A stretch of 64,000 nt of DNA from Phyllobates terribilis (lineage: Eukaryota): contig NW_027362762.1 of the NCBI RefSeq assembly GCF_046119375.1, positions 667,058,001 to 667,122,000 of the forward strand, given 5' to 3'. The notes beneath the pieces are model-generated. The model searched no databases and was not told the origin of the DNA. It was given only the letters and a program-made list of their open reading frames with translations. Position 1 is the first letter of the stretch, and each line of letters opens with the position of its first letter. Of this stretch, positions 24,312-35,463 are shown piece by piece. A program made the position numbers and the translations under genes.

Positions 24312-27300
24312 GTAAGCAGCAGAAAATCTCTTCAAAACCTACAACAATAATAATAGAAAATAATAGCTGAATACCAGTTACTTTCATTTAAATGTTTTTA
24401 AAGAGGTCAGCACGCCGTGAGTATTCAGTACTCAGCGTGACTGCAGACTTGTACCGCAAGGCCGGACAACCCCTTTAAGGCCTACATTAATATAATATAT
24501 AACCTATTCCAAATACCCAGATATGTAGTATTGTACTTGCTGATGCCAGAAATAACATGAGATAAAATAACGTCCTCCATTGCGCACATTCTCTTATGAT
24601 TTTCTTTTCCTGTTTATTTTCATCTTTATAGGCTGAGGAAAAATCCCAAACTGGAGAACTGGCCTTATTTCAACAACTGGCCCAAAATGTCCTGTCTATA
24701 CTGGAGTATCCGGCCCACTCACTGGAGCGCCTGGTAAGTGTCCATCACCTTCTATATCACATGTCCTTGTTTTCTGACCTTCTCCAGATGACCAGTCATA
24801 TCGCAGATGGTCATCTGTATGATCTTAGGGGCTTCCCTGTCACCACCAGGCAGGTATAGGATATTTGATGACAGCCGGTCTCTGTGGCTCCATCATCATT
24901 AATGAGCAGTTGTATATACAAGTCCCTTATATATTAGCATGGATTTACTGGAGGGAGTGTATAGTCCTTCCAATACTGAAATTAAATCCAGTTTTTGTCC
25001 TTTCTATCTAATGAATACTGTAATTTAACATATGTGAACTATTATATTAATTGTATATATTATAACCATTAGGAAACATCAGAAGGTGTCTCCAAAGAGG
25101 GGCAAAGCCTTAATATCCCTGACCCTAATACCAGTCAGCAGGGGCTACACATTGATGTGATTGAAGGTAAGCCGATCATCTAATGTCTTACACTTATCTA
25201 AATACCTAAGAGAACGCCAGAGAATATGTAGATTTACTGTTCATACTCTGTATGAGGAAGGTGACGGATCCTGGACCCCCTATAACGGTTCATGTAATTC
25301 TGATTCTCTCCTCTCTGCTCTTCTCAGATTCACAATGTATATTAAGGCTCATAGGCAGGGCTGCCACCACCCAAAACAGTCCTGGACAGCTCGGAAATAT
25401 AGGGCACTTTTTTGACCTGTCCATTAAAATCATTTTAAGTAGCCATGATTTTTTTGAAGCTGAAGAATCTCATACAGGTTATTTTGACTGTAATTATCAT
25501 CATTTTACAGTGAATGCAGCTGATGTCTTCATATCAGAATTATGGGCTGTAGACATGTATCACTTATAATCATAATGATTTCTTATGGTTTACCAATATG
25601 TCCATGAAAAATATTGTCTGTCTGTGATTTTTTGATTACCTGTCCAGAAATACTAAGAAGTCAAGTTGGCAACTCTCATAGGCAGTGGACATATAGCACT
25701 TCTAATCAATGGTTTATTATGGTTTCCAATGTGTCCATAAAAAATATTGTTTCTCTGTCATTTTTGGTAAGCTCTCAAGAAAAAAAAGAAGCCAAGTTAG
25801 CAGTCCCTGTAATAGGGTCCTCATTCATATAATTGTTGTGCATTCGATCAGGTCTTCAGCAATCACACATTTATAGCACAGAATATCTATCTATAGATGT
25901 GCCATAGATATATACAGTATGTACAGAATATCTATCTATAGATGAGCCATAGATATATACAGTATGTACAGAATATCTATCTATAGATGTGCCATAGATA
26001 TATACAGTATGTACAGAATATCTATCTATAGATGTGCCATAGATATATACAGTATATACAGAATATCTATCTATAGATGTTCCATAGATATATACAGTAT
26101 GCACAGGATATCTATCTATAGATGTGCCATAGATATATACAGTATATACAGGATATCTATAGATGTGCTATAGATATATACAGTATGTACAGAATATCTA
26201 TCTATAGATGTGCCATATATATATACAGTATGTACAGTATATCTATCTATAGATGTGCCATAGATATATACAGTATGTACAGGATATCTATCTATAGATG
26301 TGCCATAGATATATACAGTATGTACAGGATATCTATCTATAGATGTGCCATAGATATATACAGTATGTACAGGATATCTATCTATACATGAGCCATAGAT
26401 ATATACAGTATGTACAGAATATCCATATAACTAGTATTATACCATTACAGACGTCTTGTCATTTCTTTATAGTGATGTGTTATATAGTAAGTGCTGATAT
26501 AGTCTAATACATGACGTCTCTTCATTTCTTTAGATATAACTGTGCCGGCAAATACTGATGGTGGAGTGTGTGAGACCCCAGAGATCATCCACGAATCTGC
26601 CAGTGTAAGTATCAGAGGGAGACGTCTGTATATCATCAGATAGCGGGGTATGAATTACATCCCATATTATTCCCAATATGACCATGGGATATCCCTATTG
26701 TTAATGTAGATCAGACCTATTGTGTGTGATGATGGCAGTTTTATACCTGCCTCCTATGATATCCCTTACCATCCCCTGCAGTACAATGATTTCTGTGTAT
26801 GGAGGATATCCCCTATAATATAATAGTGTCAGTGGAGGGTCCGGCTTGTATCACGTCCCCCACATCTGCTGCCGTGTAATCAGCGATGACATAATATAGT
26901 TCCTGCATCTGGAGCTTTTATGTTCCTGCACCTTCTATGTCTAAATGTCATTTCTTGTTCCTTTTAGGCCTTGATTGCATCATTGACCCCAGGGAGAAAG
27001 CCGTGTGACAGCGACTATGATCCCATCAAGCTGATCAGCAGTGGATCCTTTGGGTGAGCTTTATTTTGGCATAATGTATATTTCCCAGGGTTCCTTATGG
27101 TAAACTCTCTGTCTCTGTGCCCTGTTAATGCAATGTTACTATATAGAAATTCTATAAGTCCACATCACTGTCCACATGTAATTGTCACTATTCAGGTCAG
27201 GTAGGATGTCACCTGCATGAGGACGTCCCATTGGTGATCATTTATGTGGTGTTATTTTATCTATGTCCAGACATGGATTTCTAGTGATGGACGTAGTATT

Positions 27301-30300
27301 AATCATTAGTAGAAGATAACACAAACATAAAGAATATTTTAATATTTCATTCTCGGTCTTGTGCTGGATTTGTGAAGGTCTTATTAAGAATTCTTTATAA
27401 TCATGGATTTTCCTCCTCTCCAGGGCCGTCCACTTAGTGCGCCATAAGGACACCAGCCAGATATTGGCTATGAAGAAACTGGACAAGCAGAACCTGAGAA
27501 ATCCAATACTACGTGATCTGGCCTTTCTAGAGAGGGACATCCAAATATTCTCTGATTGTCCCTTTGTGGCCTCCATGTTCTGCTCCTTTCAGACTAAACA
27601 TCATCTGTGTATGGTCATGGACTATGTAGCAGGTAGGCCATATACATTGTATCTCTATCCAGCCCATGTCTGCTCATCTCCGAGCTCCTTATACCTAATC
27701 TGAATGTGTGTGCATGGACGGTTACATGTCCTCACTGCATTTATTATACGCTTTCTATTAGCATGATGATGGAAATCATTCATCTCTTTCAGAGTCTCCG
27801 GCCGATGTCCTCACTAAGCATTACAGCAATGTCCACTATGGAGAAAAAGAGGATTTGGTTTTATTCTAACAGTTTGCATAGATGAGAAATAAATCAGAGT
27901 CCTGTACATGAAGCCCGGCGCTGTCTCTGTGTGTAGGGTCACACATTGAGTATACAGTATACACTCTGCATTATACACTATATCTCTATGTATGGCACCT
28001 TGCTCCAATGTCTCAGCGTAGTTGTCATTCACAATCACCCTGTGTGATCTACATTGTAACAAACCCTCTCCTGTCATATTTTCTTTCCCCTGTAGGAGGA
28101 GACTGTGACAATCTTCTAAAGTCCAATGGTCCTTTATCTGTCACCTTGGCCCGTATCTACATTGCAGAAACGGTTCTAGCTGTGGAATACCTGCACAGCT
28201 ATGGTGTGGTGCACAGAGACCTGAAGCCTGAAAAGTAAGTGACCCTTGTAGTATAATGAGGGAGAAGAAATATATTTTGTTATAGTCTATGGGTTATTAC
28301 TTGGGACTGACACCATCTTTTCTTTCACAGTCTCCTGATAACATCATCTGGTCATATTAAAGTCACCGATTTTGGGATTTCAAAAGTCGGCCTCATGAGA
28401 CCAACATCAGATGTCTACAAGGCTCCAATTGGGGACATCACAAGAGAGTTCCGTGATAATGAGGTCAGCTTTACTTACAGGATCTTGTTCTTTACAGATC
28501 CCATCTATTTCTCCTTGTCTGATATTATTTATCACAATTCTATCACTGATCATCTTCTTCTTCTGTTGGCTTCCAGATAATGGGCACCCCTGCTTACTTG
28601 GCCCCAGAAGTCATCTTAAAGTTCGGCTATGGAAGGCCTGTGGACTGGTGGTCAGTAGGGATCATCCTACATCAGTTTCTTGTAGGACATGTACCTTTTA
28701 CTGCACCGACCAGATCTGAGCTCTTCAATAAGATCCTGAGAGGTAAGAAATCTCATCTAAAGCTCCATGATGTCCTTGTTATTTGGATGGATCGGTCATT
28801 GCTTTAGTTACTAGTTGTGTTATGGAAATGTTTTTTTTATGAAAGGAAATGAAGATATTTTATTTTCTGTAATATTTGCTTTTTTCACAACAGATGACAT
28901 AACTTGGAAATATTGTGATGACTCTCTCCCACCTGATGCTCAGGACTTCATCTCTGAGCTGCTGAGAAAAAATCCAGCACGTCGACTTGGGACAGGTAAT
29001 AGATATAATAGTAATTATTATAGTAGTATTATTCTGTATATATACACTGCACAGCACCACTTCTCCTGCCCTATATACTGGGTGTAATTCTCTGTATTAT
29101 TCTGTGTATATACACTGCACAGCACCACTTCTCCTGTCCTATATACTGGGTGTAATTCTCTGTATTATTCTGTATATATACACTGCACAGCACCACTTCT
29201 CCTGTCCTATATACTGGGTGTAATTCTCTGTATTATTCTGTATATATACACTGCACAACACCACTTCTCCTGTCCTATATACTGGGTGTAATTCTCTGTA
29301 TTATTCTGTGTATATACACTTCACAGCACCACTTCTCCTGTCCTATATACTAGGTGTAATTCTCTGTATTATTCTGTATATATACACTGCACAGTACCAC
29401 TTCTCCTGTCCTATATACTGGGTGTAATTCTCTGTATTATTCTGTATATATACACTGCACAACACCACTTCTCCTGTCCTATATACTGGGTGTAATTCTC
29501 TGTATTATTCTGTGTATATACACTTCACAGCACCACTTCTCCTGTCCTATATACTGGGTGTAATTCTCTGTATTATTCTGTATATATACGCTGCACAGCA
29601 CCACTTCTCCTGTCCTATATACTGGGTGTAATTCTCTGTATTATTCTGTATATATACGCTGCACAACACCACTTCTCCTGTCCTATATACTGGGTGTAAT
29701 TCTCTGTATTATTCTGTGTATATACACTTCACAGCACCACTTCTCCTGTCCTATATACTGGGTGTAATTCTCTGTATTATTCTGTATATATACGCTGCAC
29801 AGCACCACTTCTCCTGTCCTATATACTGGGTGTAATTCTCTGTATTATTCTGTATATATACGCTGCACAGCACCACTTCTCCTGCCCTATATACTGGGTG
29901 TAATTCTCTGTATTATTCTGTATATATACACTGCACAGCACCACTTCTCCTGTCCTATATACTGAGTGTAATTCTCTGTATTATTCTGTATATATACACT
30001 GCACAGCACCACTTCTCCTGTCCTATATACTGGGCGTAATACTCTGTATTCTTCTGTATATATACGCTGCACAGCACCACTTCTCCTGTCCTATATACTG
30101 GGTGTAATTCTCTGTATTATTCTGTATATATACGCTGCACAGCAACACTTCTCCTGTCCTTTATTCTGAGTGTAATTCTCTGTATTATTCTGTATATATA
30201 CGCTGCACAGCACCACTTCTCCTGTCCTTTATTCTGAGTGTAATTCTCTGTATTATTCTGTATATATACGCTGCACAGCACCACTTCTCCTGTCCTTTAT

Positions 30301-32792
30301 TCTGAGTGTAATCCTCTGTATTATTCTGTGTATATACGCTGCTCAGCACCACTTATCCTGTATTCTGGGTGTAATTCTCTGTATTATTCTGTATATATAC
30401 ACTGCACAGCACCACTTCTCCTGTCCTTTATTCTGAGTGTAATTCTCTGTATTATTCTGTATATATACGCTGCACAGCACCACTTCTCCTGTCCTTTATT
30501 CTGAGTGTAATCCTCTGTATTATTCTGTGTATATACGCTGCTCAGCACCACTTATCCTGTATTCTGGGTGTAATTCTCTGTATTATTCTGTAGAGATATG
30601 GAGCCATCTCTGACAAAGTCTGCATCACTTTTTTCTTGTTTCTATTTTCCAGGAGGAGCAAATGAGATAAAGATTCATCCATTCATGAGGGACTTAGACT
30701 TTGAGAACCTTCTAAGTCAGGAGCCTCTGTATGTTCCTCATCTTGTGTCAGATGTGGATACCCACTGCTTCTCCAGTAAGTAGAAGGAGATGTCATCTGG
30801 AGTTTGTCTTTCATTCTATGTGACAATCAGTTCCCATCATTATTAGTGATCACACGGCGATTGTCTGTGGCCGTTTACTATATGTCTGTGTGTTATAGTA
30901 ATAATCTCTGGTAACACTTGTATTTTGTAGCTCGTTCTATTAGACACAATCATATGGATTCAGACGAGTGGGACATTAGTGAGGACTATGACTTTGTAGA
31001 CATCCAAAACTTTGTATCATCTTCTCAAAAGCATTCTAAAGTAAGTGTGTGACTGATAAAATCTATGAATCCTTCAATGAAATTTTTTTTTTACACATAT
31101 ATGTATATTTTATTTTTCTTTGTGTGTTTTAGCTCTGTTCTACCAGTACCAGGATGATGAACAAGGATGATCCCAAATCTTCCTCTTCTAGAACTGATGG
31201 CGACAATCAGAGTTTCACTGCTGATGGCAGCGAGTCATCCTCGTCCACATTGTCAGGTATGTACACCTCTATAGGACATCCTCCTATAGCCTAGGATCTA
31301 ACAGTGTAATGTGAATGTGCACATGAAGGCTCAGAAAGTTACATCTTATTTGCGCCCTTAAAGCAGTGAACAGTCCAACACTTCAATGTGTAAATTCTCA
31401 CTCTTATGTCATACATTAAAAGTTTTAAGAGGCCATACAATCTTGTGCCAAACTAATCCTGAAAACCGCCCCCATGGCTCGATATGGGCCTATACTCAAA
31501 CTCTTTTTGCCTTAAAGTTACACCAAAGTTTTATCTAAGTGATTATATGATAATACTGTGGTATGCAGCAACGAATGCCGTATTAATAAGGGAGCGTAGG
31601 CAGTTACAATATTTTTGCACATCTAAGAGTTGCGCAAAAGTTTTACAACTTCTCAAAGCAATTTAAAGAGGTTGTGCAGTCCAGAACTATAAGTCCGCAG
31701 TCTCTCTGTGTGACTGCAGACTTATGAATCCCCCCAGTATACGCTTTGTGGGCTGCGGGGATTCGCTTGTTTCTTAGCTGGGACCGGAGGGTATGTATGA
31801 GCTATTCATACTCCCGGCTAGAGCCCGTCCAGTGGGCACGGCCTCGTTCCATACACTTGTACTGAGCAAGTATATGGAGCAAGGCAACATCCACTGGACT
31901 GGCTCTGGCCGGGAGTATGTATAACACATACATACCCTCCATTCCCAGCTCAGAAACCGGCGAATCCCCACAGCGCACAAAGCTTGGGGGGATTCTTAAG
32001 TCTGCAGTCACAAAGAGTGACTGCAGACTTGTCGATTTGGACTGGACAACCCCTTTAAGCCAAAGTAATTGCACTGATTAATTTGGACCAAAGTTTTTTA
32101 GGGAGACACCAAATGATGGGACTCAGAAAACCTTCAGGCTCCTATTAATCAGATCACAAAGCAATCTAATTCTCAATCCCTTAGGTGATATTATGTATAT
32201 ATGCATATTTTCCCTCTTAAGGCACAATACCTGATTACCAGGACTGCAGGATACAAGAATAACATGACTTTACTATATAAAGATACAAAGCTAAACTTAT
32301 AGCAGGTTATAACATCTTTTTCTCACTTTCTCATAAGAATTTCCAGTTCAGAAGACAAGAAAATCTGCAAAGAAACAGAGAAAACAACAAAAAGCAGAAA
32401 GCGTAGAAGAGGGAGAACGCAGAAGAGGTAAGTGTGACAATAATCTCCATGTTGTATGATGTCAGTGAGGATAGTTCATGTGGAGCAGATGTTATCTGTC
32501 AGTGGTCGGACGGTCACATGTATGATGGTGACAATGATTCCGTACCTCTGTATGGATAAGATTCCTCTACCGTCCTGTCACAGTGACACCCCATTAGTGT
32601 CCTCTAATATGGAGCCCTATTACTTACATTAGTTCTTCATCTCTTCTCATAGGTTCTCGCTTCCGCCGGTTTATATCATCCTGCCGGCGTGGATTATCCA
32701 GGGCTGCTCGCGCTATCAGAGGAAGCTGCCTTTTTGCAATGTGTCACCAGGGCAGCAGTAACAACTCTGATGAAGAAAGCTTCCACATCTAG
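24084..32792 (+). CDS. MAST-family (AGC) Ser/Thr kinase-like gene, 15 coding exons, 638 aa: partial DUF1908 + kinase + AGC tail, no PDZ
   Basis: 14 GT-AG introns with consistent phases give a 1917-nt CDS. Motifs SSGSFG, AMKK, alphaC Glu (LERD), [20 protein letters not shown] and DWWSVG are intact; DGVLSF..ELVRDCL is MAST-like. In-frame TGA at 24060 precedes the ATG. Confidence 0.9.
24402..24474. mobile_element. 73-bp Kolobok/T2 MITE deletion derivative in intron 1
   Basis: TTAA on both sides; ends AGAGGT.. and GGACAACCCCT as in 31667-32054. Confidence 0.7.
24632..24733 (+). CDS. MAST-like exon 2 (AEEKSQ..SLERL)
   Basis: TTTATAG acceptor, GTAAGT donor; resembles MAST ..RPARLLECL. Confidence 0.88.
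25073..25166 (+). CDS. MAST-like exon 3 ([11 protein letters not shown]..)
   Basis: CATTAG acceptor, GTAAGC donor; resembles MAST EGHAKEGQ. Confidence 0.82.
25870..26425. repeat. 45-bp minisatellite, ~12 copies (intron 3)
   Basis: Unit GTACAGAATATCTATCTATAGATGTGCCATAGATATATACAGTAT. Confidence 0.96.
26534..26604 (+). CDS. MAST-like exon 4
   Basis: TTTCTTTAG acceptor, GTAAGT donor; phase 1 to 0 fits. Confidence 0.75.
26968..27053 (+). CDS. MAST-like exon 5 ([20 protein letters not shown])
   Basis: CCTTTTAG acceptor, GTGAGC donor; glycine loop. Confidence 0.9.
27424..27632 (+). CDS. MAST-like exon 6 (subdomains II-V)
   Basis: CTCTCCAG acceptor, GTAGGC donor; [12 protein letters not shown]. 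Confidence 0.93.
28096..28234 (+). CDS. MAST-like exon 7 (HRDLKPE)
   Basis: CCTGTAG acceptor, GTAAGT donor. Confidence 0.94.
28331..28463 (+). CDS. MAST-like exon 8 (DFG)
   Basis: TTCACAG acceptor, GTCAGC donor. Confidence 0.92.
28577..28742 (+). CDS. MAST-like exon 9 (GTPAYLAPE)
   Basis: CTTCCAG acceptor, GTAAGA donor. Confidence 0.94.
28894..28995 (+). CDS. MAST-like exon 10 ([18 protein letters not shown])
   Basis: CAACAG acceptor, GTAATA donor. Confidence 0.92.
29025..30590. repeat. 68-bp minisatellite, ~23 copies (intron 10)
   Basis: Unit TATTATTCTGTATATATACACTGCACAGCACCACTTCTCCTGTCCTATATACTGGGTGTAATTCTCTG. Confidence 0.97.
30653..30775 (+). CDS. MAST-like exon 11 ([15 protein letters not shown])
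   Basis: TTTTCCAG acceptor, GTAAGT donor. Confidence 0.92.
30931..31040 (+). CDS. MAST-like exon 12 ([11 protein letters not shown]..)
   Basis: TTTTGTAG acceptor, GTAAGT donor; resembles MAST TRSERYHHMDS. Confidence 0.88.
31133..31256 (+). CDS. MAST-like exon 13 (Ser/Asp-rich)
   Basis: GTTTTAG acceptor, GTATGT donor; open in the required phase. Confidence 0.78.
31667..32054. mobile_element. Kolobok/T2-type MITE in intron 13
   Basis: TTAA TSD on both sides; TIR AGAGGTTGTGCAGTCC / GGACTGGACAACCCCT; internally palindromic. Confidence 0.85.
32338..32427 (+). CDS. MAST-like exon 14 (Lys/Arg-rich)
   Basis: TTTCTCATAAG acceptor, GTAAGT donor; phase 1 to 1. Confidence 0.72.
32653..32792 (+). CDS. 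MAST-like exon 15 (terminal coding exon, TAG stop)
   Basis: TTCTCATAG acceptor; [37 protein letters not shown]. Confidence 0.75.
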
Positions 32793-32865
32793 CGCCCTGA
32801 AGAAAGTACAGCAGGTCCACCATCACAGCTGTACTTGTGTGCAAGATCTTGTACCATCTCACAGG

Positions 32866-33000
32866 GCAACACGGTGGCTCAGTGGTTAGCACTGCAGCTT
32901 TACATCTGTAAGGAGTTTGTATGTTCTCCCCGTGTTTGCGTGGGTTTCCTCCGGGTCCTCCGGTTTCCTCCCATATTCCAAAGACATATTGATAGGGAAT
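32866..33000 (+). mobile_element. V-domain tRNA-derived SINE (internally deleted) just downstream of the kinase stop
   Basis: A-box GGTGGCTCAGTGGTTAGCAC plus V-core GGAGTTTGTATGTTCTCCCCGTG..GTGGGTTTCCTCCGGG..CTCCGGTTTCCTCCC. Confidence 0.82.
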
Positions 33001-33295
33001 TTATAAAACATCTGCAGAAGGTGAAGGCCCCCCCAAGAACATCTCTTCATCCTTCAATGCAATTATTAATTAAATTAAAAAAAATCAAATTGATTAATGT
33101 CTCTTTCCATCATTTAATAGAATACTATTGACATTTATGGTATCAGTATTATATGTCACATATGTCTGATGAGTGGGGTCCAAAACAGGAGAATATAGGT
33201 TACATGTCTCCCATTGATCCTCTAAACCACGGCCAAAAGTGGAGAAGAGCACCGGTGTCTGTTATTGCTAGGAAATCAAACTAAGGAGAAACGTG

Positions 33296-33555
33296 GCACT
33301 CCAATGTTACTAGCACTCCATGTTACTAGCACTCCGATGTTACTAGCACTCCAATGTTACTAGCACTACATGTTACTAGCACTCCATGTTACTAGCACTA
33401 CAATGTTACTAGCACTACAATGTTACTATCACTCCGATGTTACTAGCACTCCAATGTTACTAGCACTCCATGTTACTAGCACTCCATGTTACTAGCACTA
33501 CAATGTTACTAGCACTCCGATGTTACTAGCACTACGATGTTACTGGCACTACAAT
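33296..33555. repeat. 17-bp minisatellite, array 1
   Basis: Unit ACTCCAATGTTACTAGC with 16/17-bp variants. Confidence 0.95.
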
Positions 33556-33559
33556 CTGC

Positions 33560-33857
33560 AAGGTCATCCTATTTGCTTCTTATTGATTTTCTAATGTGTA
33601 TGTTATATAAATAATTTTTTTGCTTATGATTATATATTTATGACCTTATATTTGGATGTCTCTTTAGATAACCTTGATAAAGGCAAATAGCCGAAATGTT
33701 GGATGGATTGTACTATCTTCCATTTTTGGGTCGCTCTGAATAAAATTTCCTTTTTGGCATTACACTAGTAATCTTTCTTTTGTGCCGAGGGTATTAAATA
33801 TAAATATGTTACTTTTCCCTCTGAGCACAATTAGTTGTCCGTGCGAATCCATTCTGT
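33560..33857 (+). mobile_element. Possible Penelope-like element 3' fragment splitting the 17-bp array
   Basis: CTTGATAAAGG...CCGAAATGTTG...AATAAA arrangement typical of Penelope ends; no ORF support. Confidence 0.4.
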
Positions 33858-34365
33858 CTTTACTAGCACTACGATGTTACTAGCACTACGATGTTACTAG
33901 CACTCCAATGTTACTAGCACTCCAATGTTACTAGCACTCCAATGTTACTAGCACTCCGATGTTACTAGCACTCCGATGTTACTAGCACTCCAATGTTACT
34001 AGCACTACGATGTTACTAGCACTCCAATGTTACTAGAACTACGATGTTACTAGCACTACGATGTTACTAGCACCCCGATATTACTAGCACTCCTATGTTA
34101 CTAGCACTCCAATGTTACTAGCACTCCAATGTTACTAGAACTACGATGTTACTAGCACTACGATGTTACTAGCACCCCGATATTACTAGCACTCCTATGT
34201 TACTAGCACTCCAATGTTACTAGCACTCCAATGTTACTAGAACTACGATGTTACTAGCACTACGATGTTACTAGCACCCCGATATTACTAGCACTCCAAT
34301 GTTACTAGCACCTTAATGTTACTAGCACTCTGATGTTACTAGCACTCTGATGTTACTAGCACTCT
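33858..34365. repeat. 17-bp minisatellite, array 2 (~30 copies)
   Basis: Same unit as 33296-33555. Confidence 0.95.
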
Positions 34366-34380
34366 GGCCCTTTTAACAAC

Positions 34381-35111
34381 GGGCTCGTCAGTTTTTTACA
34401 TACGCCTTCTATTAGGGTATGAGTACACGGTCAGGAGCCGCTGCGGGTTTGATGCTACGTGCTTATGCAGCAACAAACCCGCAGCAGCCAGATGTTACAG
34501 CATAGTGGATGGGATTTGTAGAAATCCCATGTCCACTATGCGTCTGCGGCTCACCCGCGGAAACTGACATGCGGCGTGTATTTCCAGACCGCAGCATGTC
34601 AATTTCTCCGGCGGGTCCACATGCGAGCTTTCCACATATTCCTAACCTCTATGAGGAAAATCTGCAGGTGAAAAAAAAAATGGAGCAGCTCATCTGCATT
34701 ACATGAGCAAAAGCCGCCGGCGGCTCCAGACAGTGTGCACATAGCCTTAGTGCTTTACAAAAATATTAGTGAATAGGGCTGCTCATATGCCCGTGATCTT
34801 TCTCAGACCGAGAAGTCTGGACAAAATCGCGGAGACATGTCCGTTATTAATCCGATTACATTAGACAATGCAAGTCTATGGGTTCGTGAAAAAATTGGAA
34901 ATCATTCAGATGGCATCCAAGTTCTGTTCTATTTTCACAGACTGTTAGATAAGGAAAGGTGGAGAAACTTTTCACATACGAGAAAAACTGACAGAAATTA
35001 GACTAAACCCTGATGAAACTCTGATGACACTGATGAAATTCTGATGACAATCGCTGGTGAAAGTCAGTTTGTTTTTCTCATATGTGAAGAAAGCTGTGTC
35101 TGAATGAGCCC
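34381..35111. mobile_element. Probable outer Harbinger-type MITE hosting the 34415-34746 MITE
   Basis: Ends GGGCTCGTCAG and TCTGAATGAGCCC are approximate inverted repeats. Confidence 0.45.
34415..34746. mobile_element. PIF/Harbinger MITE
   Basis: TTA TSD on both sides; GGGTATGAGTACAC / GTGCACATAGCC termini. Confidence 0.75.
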
Positions 35112-35249
35112 TGAATGTGTCTCTCTTTCAGGTCTATGCACATGAACAAGATGGATTTGGTGGGGAGCATCCTGGGGTCTTAGCCGTCACATCCCCCTCA
35201 CTGTTCACATAAAAAGACATCCTGTATTCCAATGAGATGTCTCACCCAC

Positions 35250-35463
35250 CAGAGCTGTGGAGTCAGTAAGCCAACCTTACCAACGCCAACTATAATAATG
35301 AGTAATGATACATTTACTGCAATAAATAACAGTAAATATTCAGCAAGCTTTGAGTGAAATAATGCATACAACACAATATTGATAATATATCATTTGTAAC
35401 ATTGTTATTCTGCACTCGGAGTTGGAGTCGGTACATTCTTCTAATTCCAGCTCCACAGCCCTG
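35250..35463. mobile_element. Small MITE with CAG(A/G)GCTGTGGAG termini (hAT-like)
   Basis: CAGAGCTGTGGAGTC versus CTCCACAGCCCTG; TSD not recognisable. Confidence 0.55.

Noticed and set aside
32866-32900. tRNA gene
   Set aside because: Has an A-box only, followed by the V-SINE core; no cloverleaf or B-box.
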